Below the pieces are notes generated by a model. The model was given only the letters and a program-made list of their open reading frames with translations, had not been told where the DNA came from and made no database searches. From Candidatus Micrarchaeaceae archaeon (lineage in GTDB: Bacteria; Chloroflexota; Dormibacteria; Aeolococcales; Bog-877): DNA of 64,000 nucleotides. Of this stretch, positions 10,703 through 20,055 are shown in pieces. The translations under genes were made by a program, and so were the position numbers. The stretch is from contig DATKSI010000031.1 in the NCBI GenBank assembly GCA_035531715.1, forward strand, positions 9,673 through 73,672, in the 5' to 3' direction. Positions within the stretch are counted from its first letter, which is position 1, and every line of letters begins with the position of its first letter.

Positions 10703-10777
10703 GCCCGTGATAGCGCCTCTCCCGGATCGAGGGCGGCCGGAGCGCGGGTCTGGCCAGGACCGGCTAGCGCCGCTGCC

Positions 10778-12592
10778 ATGAGCCAGAGCACCCTCTTCTA
10801 CCTGGCCAACCTGCTGGTCTACGGAGGCGTCGACGCGATCGCCTGCCTGGGCCTCTCGATGCAGTTCGGGATCTCGGGTGTCAGCAACTTCGGCTACATC
10901 ATCTTCCAGGCTGCCGGGGCCTACACCGCGGCCATTCTCGCCCTGCCCCCGGATACCGCCAACGGTGGGTTTCAGACCTATATCGGGGGACTGGGTCTAC
11001 CTTTTCCCATCCCCTGGATCGGCGCCGCGGTGGTGGGCGGGCTGGTCGCTCTGCCCTTCACCCTGCTGGTAGGGAGACGGTTGACCGGCCAGGTAGCGGC
11101 AATCGGACTGCTGGTCACCGCGGTCATGGCCAATCTCCTGATCAACAACTTCGTCCCCCTCTTCAACGGCGCGGCAGGTCTCTCGGTGGTCCCCCAACCA
11201 CTGCACAACGTGGTCAATCCGCAGAGCCAGACCTATCAGTGGGCCTACGGCCTGGTGGCCGCCGGGATCACGATCGCGATCTACTTCCTCTTCCGCCGCC
11301 TGACCGAATCGCCCTACGGCCGGAGCCTGCGGGCGATGCGCGATAACAGCCCGGTGGCCGATGCCCTGGGCAAGGATCTGCTCAGCCTGCGCACCTCGGT
11401 GCTGGTGCTGGGGGGCATGGCCGCCGGGCTATCCGGTGGGATTCTGGTGGGGTTCATCACCCTCTGGTCGCCGGGGGCTTGGGGGTACGCCGAGACGATC
11501 GTCCTGTTTGCCGCAGTGATCATCGGCGGCACCGGCAATCACAAAGGAGCGATCTTGGGGGCGGTCCTGGTGCCGCTCGGCTTCGAAGAGGCGACTCGCT
11601 TCATCCCGGCGATCGGTGCGCCCGGCCTTATCCCCGCCCTGCAGTGGGTGGCGATCGGGCTCTTGATCGTGACCTTCCTCTGGTTTCGCCCGCAGGGGAT
11701 CATCCCCGAGCCGCGCCGGCGCATCTTTGCCAAGGCTCTGGCTGCCCGCGGTGGTGGACCGGTTCTCCGGGCGACGGCGCCCTCCACCAGCTCCCCGCGG
11801 ATCTCCCCGTCGGCAGCCGAGCCGGCTAATCAGCCGGGCCCGATCCTCACCACCGAGGCGCTCGAGGTGAACTTCGGTGGGGTCCAGGCGGTGGATGGGG
11901 TCAGCATCCAGTTGGAGCGCTCCCGGCTCACCGGTTTGATCGGCCCCAACGGGGCGGGCAAATCAACCTTGCTCTCGGCGCTGGCCGGGACCGCTACGGC
12001 GGCCTCGGGGAAGATTCTCTACCAGGGTCAGGACGTCACCACGGAGCACACCTTCCTGCGGGCGCGGGCCGGACTGGTGCGCACCTTCCAGCTGGCCAGT
12101 GAGTTCAAGCGGCTCACCGTGGTGGAAAACCTGCTGGCCGCGGTCCCCGACCAGCGCGGGGACACCTTCCGGGGGGCCCTCCGGGGCCGTCGATTCTGGG
12201 GCAAGGAAGAGGGGACCGCCATCGAGCGGGCGGCGGAGTTGATGGAACAGTTCGGGTTGATCGACTATGCCGACACCTTCGCCGGCAACCTCTCGGGCGG
12301 CCAGCGTCGCTTGGTGGAGATCATGCGGGCGCTGATGGCCCAGCCCCAGCTGTTGCTTTTGGACGAACCGATGGCGGGGATCCACCCGACCCTGGCCCGC
12401 AAGATCGGCAAGAGTCTGCAGGCGCTCTGCGCCGAGGGCATGACCATCCTCCTGGTGGAGCACGAGCTGGCCTTCATGGACGAGTTCTGCGAGCCGGTGA
12501 TCGTGATGGCCGAGGGACGGGTCCTGGCCGAGGGCACGATGGCCGAGCTCAGGGGCCAGCCCGAGGTCGTGGAGGCCTACCTTGTCGGGTGA
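10778..12592 (+). CDS. fused branched-chain amino acid ABC transporter permease (LivM-like) and ATP-binding protein (LivG-like)
   Basis: 604-aa continuous ORF. N-terminal about 340 aa is a multi-TM permease. An Ala/Pro/Ser-rich linker follows (…AARGGGPVLRATAPSTSSPRISPSAAEPANQ…). C-terminal about 240 aa is an ABC ATPase: Walker A GPNGAGKST, signature LSGGQRRLVEI, Walker B LLLLDEP. No stop codon was found between the two domains. Confidence 0.85.
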   Translation: MSQSTLFYLANLLVYGGVDAIACLGLSMQFGISGVSNFGYIIFQAAGAYTAAILALPPDTANGGFQTYIGGLGLPFPIPWIGAAVVGGLVALPFTLLVGRRLTGQVAAIGLLVTAVMANLLINNFVPLFNGAAGLSVVPQPLHNVVNPQSQTYQWAYGLVAAGITIAIYFLFRRLTESPYGRSLRAMRDNSPVADALGKDLLSLRTSVLVLGGMAAGLSGGILVGFITLWSPGAWGYAETIVLFAAVIIGGTGNHKGAILGAVLVPLGFEEATRFIPAIGAPGLIPALQWVAIGLLIVTFLWFRPQGIIPEPRRRIFAKALAARGGGPVLRATAPSTSSPRISPSAAEPANQPGPILTTEALEVNFGGVQAVDGVSIQLERSRLTGLIGPNGAGKSTLLSALAGTATAASGKILYQGQDVTTEHTFLRARAGLVRTFQLASEFKRLTVVENLLAAVPDQRGDTFRGALRGRRFWGKEEGTAIERAAELMEQFGLIDYADTFAGNLSGGQRRLVEIMRALMAQPQLLLLDEPMAGIHPTLARKIGKSLQALCAEGMTILLVEHELAFMDEFCEPVIVMAEGRVLAEGTMAELRGQPEVVEAYLVG

Positions 12593-13355
12593 GCCCGGGG
12601 CCGCCCCAGCTCTCCGGGGCGCCGCTCTGGAGACGGAGCTCCTCTCCGCCGGCTATGCGGGAAGGCCGGTCGTTCAGGAGCTGTCGATTCGGGTCTCCCC
12701 CGGCGAGGTGGTCTCCGTGGTGGGGCCCAACGGATCGGGCAAGAGCACCCTGCTGAAATCGCTGGTCGGGGTGGTCCAGGTGCTCTCGGGCAAGGTGATC
12801 TGGGACGGCGCCGAGGTCACCAACTGGACCCCCGATGCCGCCGCCCGGGCGGGGGTTGGCTACGTGCCGCAGGTAGACGACGTCTTCGCCCCGCTGACGG
12901 TGCGGGAGAACCTGGAGATGGGCGGCTACCTCCTGCCCCGACGGGCCGTCCCGGAGCGGATCACCCACGTGTTGGAGGTCTTTCCCCAGCTGGGCCGGAT
13001 GCTCACCCGCAAGGCTGGTCGGCTGTCGGGTGGCGAGCGCAAGATGCTGGCGATGGGCCGGGTACTGATCCTGGAGCCACGGGCGTTCATCCTCGATGAG
13101 CCGACCGCCAACCTGGCACCGGCGCTGGCGCTATCGCTCCTCGATGAACACGTGCGGCAGTTGAGCGCCACCGGCGCCTCCGTCCTGATCGTGGAACAGC
13201 GGGCTCGCGCCGTACTGGCCATCTCCGACCGGACCTACGTGCTGACTGGGGGACGGTGCCAGATGGAGGGGACCCCAGCCGAGCTCACCGCCAGCCCAGA
13301 CTTCGTGGACACCTTCCTCGGCGGCCGGCGGCGGACGGGCGACCCCCAGGAGTAG
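12582..13355 (+). CDS. livF: branched-chain amino acid ABC transporter ATP-binding protein (LivF type)
   Basis: Walker A GPNGSGKST, signature LSGGERKMLAMG, Walker B FILDEP. The GTG start overlaps the upstream stop. Confidence 0.85.
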   Translation: MSGEPGAAPALRGAALETELLSAGYAGRPVVQELSIRVSPGEVVSVVGPNGSGKSTLLKSLVGVVQVLSGKVIWDGAEVTNWTPDAAARAGVGYVPQVDDVFAPLTVRENLEMGGYLLPRRAVPERITHVLEVFPQLGRMLTRKAGRLSGGERKMLAMGRVLILEPRAFILDEPTANLAPALALSLLDEHVRQLSATGASVLIVEQRARAVLAISDRTYVLTGGRCQMEGTPAELTASPDFVDTFLGGRRRTGDPQE

Positions 13356-13632
13356 CGATCGGGAGCCGCTCCGCGGCCGGTGGGCGAAGCGCTTTGGTCG
13401 GGGCCAGCGGCGACCTCTGACCGGAAAGGGCGCGGTCCCTGTGGACACGGTCCGAGTCCCTGCCTAAACCATCACCCCGGCGGGCGATGGCCTGGCTGGC
13501 GAGCATGTCCCAGGAAAGGGCGGCCTCGAGCGGAGCGAGGAGGCGGACCGGCGGATTCTGGCCGAGCCACGCCAGGCGAACTCACCTGGCGCTAGCGACG
13601 AGCCGCGCTGGGCGAGCTGGGCGGCCCGGTTC

Positions 13633-13887
13633 TCAGGTGGCTCCGGTGGATGCCAGCACCCTGCGGATCGCCTCCGCCAGGGCGAGGGCCGAATCGGCGT
13701 TCAGCTCTACCGCCACCCGGGCTCCCGGGCCCAGCTGGGGATTGAGGAAGTCCAGATTGAGAGTGTGCTCGGCAGAGGCATGGACCGGGTGGTCGAAGTA
13801 GACGCTGGCGTCGGTGACCGAGAACCACCCCTGGGTACCCTTGCCGCTGCCCCGAAGACTGACGGTTTCCGTCTGATAGGTGCACAC
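13633..13887 (-). CDS. small conserved hypothetical protein (84 aa), cotranscribed with the dienelactone hydrolase
   Basis: Sits 1 nt after the upstream gene. Coding-like composition. A truncated paralog-like ORF is at 46086-46202. Confidence 0.55.
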   Translation of the reverse strand: MCTYQTETVSLRGSGKGTQGWFSVTDASVYFDHPVHASAEHTLNLDFLNPQLGPGARVAVELNADSALALAEAIRRVLASTGAT

Positions 13888-13888
13888 C

Positions 13889-14641
13889 TCAGGACCCCTC
13901 GCCGGCCAGAAGTCGGCCGTAGAACTGCCAGATCTCCTCCCAGCCCGCCTTGGCCGCCTCGTGCCGGAAGCTCGGTCGGTTGGGATCGAAGAAGGCGTGC
14001 CCCGCCGCGGGATAGGTGTGGAACTCGAAGTCGGCTCCCTGGTCCCGCAGCGTCTGCTCCAGTGTCGCGATCTCCTCCGGCGAGGGGTGCTGGTCCTCGG
14101 CGCCGAACAGCCCCAAAACCGGACACGCTAGCTTGGGGGCGAGGCGTAGCAGGGAGCGTCCCTTGAGCGGGGAGTCCGCGGGCGGGTCCGCCGCGATGAA
14201 TGCTCCGTAGCAGACAACCGCCGCATCGAGAGGAAGGCTGCACGCCGAGAGAAAGGACTGACGACCCCCGGAGCAATAGCCGATGACTCCGACCTTGCCG
14301 TTGCTGGCGGACAGGGAGCGGAGGTAGGCGGCCGCGCCCCCCACGTCGCCGACCAGCCGCTCATCGGGCACGCCCCCTTTGGCCCTGACGGCGGCAGCCG
14401 CGTCGTCAGGGCTGGCTCCGGCGGCATCCCGGGAGTAGAGGTTTGGACAGATGGCCAGGTAGCCGCGCGCGGCGAAGGTCCGGGTGACCTCCTTACTCCA
14501 GGCGTCGTAACCCGGCATGTGATGGATCACCACCACCGCCCCGACTTGGTCGTCATCGAGGGGCTGCGCCTGATAAGCCTCGATCTGGTCACCCCCGTGG
14601 CCGGCGATTTCCACGGTCTCGGCTCTGATGTCTTCGCGCAT
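13889..14641 (-). CDS. dienelactone hydrolase family protein
   Basis: Track ORF runs to 14680. MREDIRAETVEIAG… has a GGGAGG RBS. Alpha/beta hydrolase with a GYCSGG nucleophile elbow and a C-terminal …AGHAF… His. Confidence 0.8.
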   Translation of the reverse strand: MREDIRAETVEIAGHGGDQIEAYQAQPLDDDQVGAVVVIHHMPGYDAWSKEVTRTFAARGYLAICPNLYSRDAAGASPDDAAAAVRAKGGVPDERLVGDVGGAAAYLRSLSASNGKVGVIGYCSGGRQSFLSACSLPLDAAVVCYGAFIAADPPADSPLKGRSLLRLAPKLACPVLGLFGAEDQHPSPEEIATLEQTLRDQGADFEFHTYPAAGHAFFDPNRPSFRHEAAKAGWEEIWQFYGRLLAGEGS

Positions 14642-14792
14642 ACGGGTGTTACCTCCCAGCAAGGTGTGATGTGGCAGCATGGGCGCCGACCGTGCTCTCC
14701 CGGCGGGCCTCCTTCCGATTGTGTCAGTTCGGCGGGTCCCGGGTCCGGCCCCAACAGAGATCGCCGCGAATATGGCACCCTAGCGCCTACTC

Positions 14793-15698
14793 ATGTACCA
14801 AGCCGATCAGGCGCAGCCCGAAGGGGCAGCGGACCTCACCTCCTGTACGTTGGGGGTGGTGGGCACCGGAGTCATGGCCGAGGCCATGATCGCGGGCCTG
14901 CTGCACCGAGGGCTGCTCAGCAGCTCCCAGGTGGTCTGCAGCCATCCGCGCAAAGAGCGGGCACGGGAATTGGAAGAACGGTTCGGGGTGACCGTCGTGG
15001 CCGACAACGCCGAGGTGGCCAGAGCGGCAGACATCCTGCTCCTGGCGGTCAAGCCCCAAGTCCTTCCCCGAGTGTTGCGCCAGCTGGCCGGTGCGGTGCG
15101 CCCGGAGACGCTGGTCATCAGCATCGTGGCCGGCGCCAGCTCCGCCGCCCTCAGCGCGCGACTGGGGCACCGAGCGATCGTCCGGACCATGCCGAACACC
15201 CCGGCCCAGATCGGCGCCGGGGTCAGTGTCTGGTTCGCCACCCCCGAGGTTTCATCCCCGGCCAAGTCCCAGGTGCGGACTCTGCTCTCTGCACTCGGTA
15301 CCGAGCTGGAGGTGGAGGATGAGCGCCAGGTGGCGATGGCGACGGCGGTCAGCGGCACCGGGCCGACCTACGCCTTTCTCTTCACCGAATCGCTGGTGGA
15401 AGCGGCCGTCCACCTCGGCTTCCCCCGGCATTTGGCCCGTCGTCTGGTCCTGGAAACCCTGAAGGGTTCGATCGAGTTCGCCATCGAAAGTGGCGAGCAT
15501 CCCGCCCAGTTGCGGGACATGGTGACCTCCCCCGGGGGAACTTCGGCCGAAGCTCTCGCCGCGCTCGAAAGGGGTCGCTTTCGAACGGTGATTGGCGATG
15601 CGGTGTGGGCCGCCTTCCGCCGCACCCTGCAGCTGGAGGCCTCCCTGGAGGAGGGATCTCCGTCTTCCCCCTCTCCGGCACCGCCCAGCCCCGGTTAG
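14793..15698 (+). CDS. proC: pyrroline-5-carboxylate reductase
   Basis: Rossmann GVVGTGVMAEAMIAGL and a ProC C-terminal dimerisation domain (…AVSGTGPTYAFLF…, …TSPGGTSAEAL…). The true start may be a downstream TTG/GTG. Confidence 0.85.
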   Translation: MYQADQAQPEGAADLTSCTLGVVGTGVMAEAMIAGLLHRGLLSSSQVVCSHPRKERARELEERFGVTVVADNAEVARAADILLLAVKPQVLPRVLRQLAGAVRPETLVISIVAGASSAALSARLGHRAIVRTMPNTPAQIGAGVSVWFATPEVSSPAKSQVRTLLSALGTELEVEDERQVAMATAVSGTGPTYAFLFTESLVEAAVHLGFPRHLARRLVLETLKGSIEFAIESGEHPAQLRDMVTSPGGTSAEALAALERGRFRTVIGDAVWAAFRRTLQLEASLEEGSPSSPSPAPPSPG

Positions 15699-15763
15699 AC
15701 CTCGCACCGGGGCGCCCCACGGCCCCGCCTCGACGGCGGACCGGGCGCCCTGCTGGTGCGGAT

Positions 15764-16012
15764 CTACGCCGTGCCGCTGGCTGCGCCGGAGCTGGCCATC
15801 GCGGGACATTTTTGGACGCTCAGTCCCGTCCCCGGCCCACTCGTCGAAGGGGTCGGGGCCGGCGTCGTGGCGGCGGCCAAGCGGGCCGCCGCCGGGCTGC
15901 CCGCGGTGCTGGCCGAAGCTGCGGTGGTCAGGGAGACGACCCCGATCCCGAGCCCGGTCAGCCCCAGGGCGGTGGCGCCGACCACAAGTAATCGTTGGGC
16001 CACTCTTTTCAT
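15764..16012 (-). CDS. possible small secreted Ala/Pro/Thr-rich protein
   Basis: 82 aa, N-terminal signal-like MKRVAQRLLVVGATALGLTGLGIGVV, a GGAGCAG RBS, low-complexity remainder. Could be spurious. Confidence 0.3.
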   Translation of the reverse strand: MKRVAQRLLVVGATALGLTGLGIGVVSLTTAASASTAGSPAAARLAAATTPAPTPSTSGPGTGLSVQKCPAMASSGAASGTA

Positions 16013-16199
16013 CTGACTGCTCCTCGTTGGCGGCAGGCCCTCGAACGGTGGTCGATCGGGTGGTCGGGCCGCAGACTCAGTGAACCGCCACTGGCTGGGC
16101 TGGTCCTGAAAGACGGCTCACAATCTGCCGAGAGCTGCGACGCCCAAGTAGGGGGCCGGGCGGCCGAACAAAATCTGGGGACTGCCCGCCGTCCGGAGG

Positions 16200-17054
16200 T
16201 CAGCTCAGGTGACGCTTCAGCTCGCCGGCGGCGGCGAGCAGCTCCGGGGTGCTGAGATTGGGGTTCCCGAAGGTGAATCCGCCGATTCCGGCATCCAGGT
16301 AGGGCTGAAGCAACTCGGCAGCCTGCTCGGGCCGGACCGGATCTCCCGTCATTGCCAGCCGTTCGGCCGGGATCCGCGCCTTCATCTCCCGAGCCTGCTC
16401 CTCGTCCAGTGCCAAGAGGCACGGTGACATCACGGTCTTCAGGATGGTGCCCGGGTCGCGTCCCAGCTGCTCGCAGTAACCCTCGAGAAGTCCGAGCTTG
16501 CGCTTGGTGTCCTCGAGGCCGGGGAACCAGTTGGAGATGTCCGCGTACTTGGCCACGATCCGCAAGGTGCGCTGTTCGCCAGCGCCGCCAATCAGGAGCC
16601 GCGGCCCCCCTGCCTGAATCGGGCGCGGTACATTGAGGGCTCGGTCGATCTGGAAGTACTTGCCGGTGAAGGTCGGGCGCTCCTCGGTGAACATGAGCTT
16701 GGCGATGTGGGCGGCTTCGTCCAGCCGGTCCATCCTCCGGCCGATGGGCGGGAATTCGAAACCGTATCCGGCGTGCTCATCCTCGTTCCAGGCGGCTCCC
16801 AATCCCAAGATCGCCCGCCCCTTGGACAAGATATCGAGCGTGGTCACCATCTTCGCCAGGAGCGCCGGATTGCGGTAGGTGACTCCGGTCACCAAAGCGC
16901 TGAGGCGAACGGTCTTGGTCCGCTGGGAAAGTGCTGCCAACGTGGTGTAGGACTCGAGCATCGGCTCGGTTTCTGCCCCGACCCCACGAATTTGATAGAA
17001 GTGATCCATCACCGTGACCATGTCGAAGCCCGCCGCTTCCGCCGCCCCGGCCAT
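16200..17054 (-). CDS. LLM-class (luciferase-like) flavin/F420-dependent oxidoreductase. The true N-terminus lies about 29 codons upstream.
   Basis: LLM motifs seen (…FDMVTVMDHFYQ…, …ILGLGAAWNEDEH…). The conserved N-terminal …AAPFFGYHLPNYSFPGTPDDELFDHVAE… is in-frame upstream of the first ATG. The only start-like codon there is ATC, with a perfect GGAGGG-N7 RBS. Confidence 0.8.
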   Translation of the reverse strand: MAGAAEAAGFDMVTVMDHFYQIRGVGAETEPMLESYTTLAALSQRTKTVRLSALVTGVTYRNPALLAKMVTTLDILSKGRAILGLGAAWNEDEHAGYGFEFPPIGRRMDRLDEAAHIAKLMFTEERPTFTGKYFQIDRALNVPRPIQAGGPRLLIGGAGEQRTLRIVAKYADISNWFPGLEDTKRKLGLLEGYCEQLGRDPGTILKTVMSPCLLALDEEQAREMKARIPAERLAMTGDPVRPEQAAELLQPYLDAGIGGFTFGNPNLSTPELLAAAGELKRHLS

Positions 17055-17957
17055 CTCCGCGACATGATCGAAGAGTTCATCGTCGGGCGTCCCGGGAAAG
17101 CTGTAGTTGGGCAGGTGGTAACCGAAGAACGGTGCTGCGATGGCTGCTCCCTCCTGGTGTCGGATGCCGGTGAACTATCGGCCCCAGGTGACTATAGACC
17201 GCCCCGATGCTCGGGCCCCGGTAACCCGAAGGACACTGCTGGTGCGGTGGCAGCCGAGGATACCGGTGCTAAGAACGTTCATGTGGGGGGCTTTCACCCG
17301 GCCGGTGCGTATTCGTTGCCCGATGGCCCAGCTGTTCCGTGTCGCCGGCGACGGCCGGGACCTCGCCAACGCGTCACCACAGCGCCTCGGCGGCCGCGCG
17401 GTGCGCACCCCTTGAGCCGGCCGCAGAGGCGGCTTGGCGGTGGTCCAGTGAACCGTCGACGGGCCGACACGAGGTCCCGCTAAGCGACAGTGGCCAGTTC
17501 AGCTTAGGGAGCGCCGCAGCGGCGGCACGCCAAGGGCAACGGCCGGGCCGACCCCGCGAGTGGGTATCGTGCAATTGGCCATATCAACGTGCGCTTTTCT
17601 TCCAGCGAGGGGACACGTCCGCACCGCGACACGCACCGGCCTGCCGACAACCGCCGTCAGAGGTTGGCGAGTGCACGGATCCGCAAATAGCTTGCGGAAG
17701 GCGCACTCGCCACGATCATCGACGGCAGGCTGAAGCGTCTGGCTGCTGCATTAGTTCCTCCTGAAGACCAACGGCCATCGCTCGCCGCCTGGAGTCGCAG
17801 CCGCACGCTGCCGCAGCGCCAGGAACTGTGCGGTCCGCGTGCCCACCGCCGAGATCGCCCGTCGTCCCAAAACCCCATTGCCCACACCGTACTGGGCGGC
17901 ATCGCTCCGGTGACTCGTGTCAACAAGCGATCTGGGAAGTACCGCTAGACTCCTTGC

Positions 17958-18827
17958 GTGGCGGTGGGATCAGAGCTTCCGCAGCTGGGTGGTTATCCAT
18001 TTGCGGTGCGCTACAGCGACGGGGCGCTGCTGCGGGCGCAGGCCACGGCCGATATCGTCCTGGACGCCTACGTGTACTTCGGTCGCCTGTTTGCCGCGGT
18101 TGAGCCGGACATCGCTGTCATCGTGGCCGACCAGGCGGACTGGTCCGGAAGCGGGCCGTACGGGCTGCCTTTTTTCAGAGATAACGCCGGCGAAATCCGT
18201 CCCGGCATCGTGGTGATGCCGGCCGGAAGTGGTGACTTCTGGATGCAGATTGCGCGGGACCTGCGCGAGGCGTCCTCCCGCGGGTATGCCAAGTTGCTCC
18301 AGGCATACCCGGATGGCAGTGGTGGCTTGGACCTGCAGCCTTTCTTCGATCTCATCACCATCCATGAGCTCGGCCACGCATTCGAGGTGCTCGGAGATCT
18401 GCGCCTGCCAACCTTTTGGCTCAGCGAGATCTTCGTCAACCTGGCCATGCACGCGTTCGTCTCCACCCAGCGGCCGGCTAGCCTCCCGACGCTCGAGGTT
18501 CTTTCCTCCGTGGGGGCGGGAAGTCGCAAGCTTGCCGCTCGAATGCGCGCCGAGGGGTACAGCACCCTCGACGAGCTGCAAGCTCACTACACGGGGTCTG
18601 AAGACCCGATGAGCCCATTGAACTACGTCTGGTTCCAGTACCGCTGGCTCCGGCTTGCGGCGAAGATGTTCGATGTCGACGGTGAGGGCGGACTGGTTCG
18701 CTTCTGGGAATGCTTTCACGCAACCGATCGCGTCAACGCCAGCGGGGCCACCGCGGCGTCACTGGCGCCTCTTCTCGCAACCGAAGTCAGCCCGACCCTC
18801 GGACGGGCGGTCCGAAATTGGCGTTAG
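17958..18827 (+). CDS. hypothetical protein with a HEXXH zinc-metallopeptidase-like motif
   Basis: 289 aa, GTG start, motif ITIHELGHAFEVLG. No other recognisable domain. Confidence 0.6.
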   Translation: MAVGSELPQLGGYPFAVRYSDGALLRAQATADIVLDAYVYFGRLFAAVEPDIAVIVADQADWSGSGPYGLPFFRDNAGEIRPGIVVMPAGSGDFWMQIARDLREASSRGYAKLLQAYPDGSGGLDLQPFFDLITIHELGHAFEVLGDLRLPTFWLSEIFVNLAMHAFVSTQRPASLPTLEVLSSVGAGSRKLAARMRAEGYSTLDELQAHYTGSEDPMSPLNYVWFQYRWLRLAAKMFDVDGEGGLVRFWECFHATDRVNASGATAASLAPLLATEVSPTLGRAVRNWR

Positions 18828-19127
18828 CGCCGCCAGTCGCGCCCACCGGACCCCTCCACACCTCACGGGACGACCAGACCGATCCTTGAGGGTGCTGCCC
18901 GGCCGCCTCGGCAGCGCTCGACGACCGCTGCGGCTCCGCCAGCGCGCCTCCAAGCGGGAGTGGGCGCATCCCGATCATTTGGCGCCAGCGGGTGGGCTCT
19001 CTCAAGGGCGCGTTCGCTGCCCAAAAGTTCCGAGGTGTTTTCCAGGCTTCGGTGCTGCCCCAGGGGAGATGTCCCGGTAAATCTGCGGATGGAGATAGCG
19101 CCTCAGGGCCGAGCCCGGCATTCCCGG

Positions 19128-19817
19128 TCAGCGGTTGCCGGGCAGGTACTCCTGGATCTCTGCGGCCAACTTGACGATGGTGAGCGACTGCAAAAGCACC
19201 GTTCCCGGTCCGCTCAGCCGAACCAAGAAGAGGCCATCACCGCCAAAAATCTTGTTGCCGATCCCGGGCACGGTAGTGATCTCGAAGGGCATGCTGGCGG
19301 GGAAGAGCCCGATGTGGCCGGGATGAACCAGGAGTTGTTCTCCCTGGGCCAGGTCCCTGCGTACCACCTCACCGGAAAGCTCGACGAAGAACTGGCCAGT
19401 GCCGGTCACCTTCTGCAACCGGAAGCCATCTCCGCCGAAAAGTCCCGCGCCTAGTCGGCGTTGGAATCCCAGGGAGAGCTCCACGCCATCGGTGGCGCAG
19501 AGGAACCCGTGCCGCTGGACCAGGAAGCCGTCCGGGATCACTGTGATCGGCAGGATGGTCCCGGGCAACTTGGTGGCAAAGGCAACCTGTCCCGCCGTGC
19601 CCTGGGCGGTGTACTCGGTGAGAAATATGGAAGACCCGCTGGCGGCACGTTTGATCGCTCCGAACACACCCGACTGGCCTAGCGCTCCCATGGTGGTGTG
19701 CATGTTGATGTTGGGCGTCATCCAGGACAGTTCACCGCCCTCCGCGACGAGCTTCTCACCCGCCTGCAGGGTGACTTCCAGGACCGGCAGGGTGGTCCCG
19801 TGAATCTTGGTTTCCAT
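19128..19817 (-). CDS. AIM24 family protein (TIGR00266/DUF124-like)
   Basis: 229 aa with the double-psi beta-barrel repeat pattern typical of AIM24 (…LQAGEKLVAEGGELSWM…, …VHPGHIGLFPASMPFE…). Confidence 0.75.
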   Translation of the reverse strand: METKIHGTTLPVLEVTLQAGEKLVAEGGELSWMTPNINMHTTMGALGQSGVFGAIKRAASGSSIFLTEYTAQGTAGQVAFATKLPGTILPITVIPDGFLVQRHGFLCATDGVELSLGFQRRLGAGLFGGDGFRLQKVTGTGQFFVELSGEVVRRDLAQGEQLLVHPGHIGLFPASMPFEITTVPGIGNKIFGGDGLFLVRLSGPGTVLLQSLTIVKLAAEIQEYLPGNR

Positions 19818-19953
19818 GCTTGCCTCCTTCGACTGGCCGACCGCTGGTGCGAAGGGTATGAGATTCGGAGGACCGGCGGGGTGAGTGGAGGGGGTCCCCT
19901 CTCGAGGGCCCCGACTCGTGCCTGGGAGAGGTCAAGATATTGTGCCCATTGCC

Positions 19954-19982
19954 TTGACAACCCACTACATGTAGGGGAAAAT
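19954..19982 (+). promoter_or_regulatory. candidate sigma70-type promoter (TTGACA-N17-GAAAAT) with an embedded 10-bp palindrome CTACATGTAG
   Basis: A perfect -35 hexamer and a 17-nt spacer. It lies 70 nt upstream of the permease start in a divergent intergenic region. Confidence 0.3.
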
Positions 19983-20055
19983 CACTCCAGCCGGAGCGGG
20001 TTCGCGACCGGTTGGCGGTGGGAATTCGTTGGGATCGGATGCGCGAGGAGGAAAC

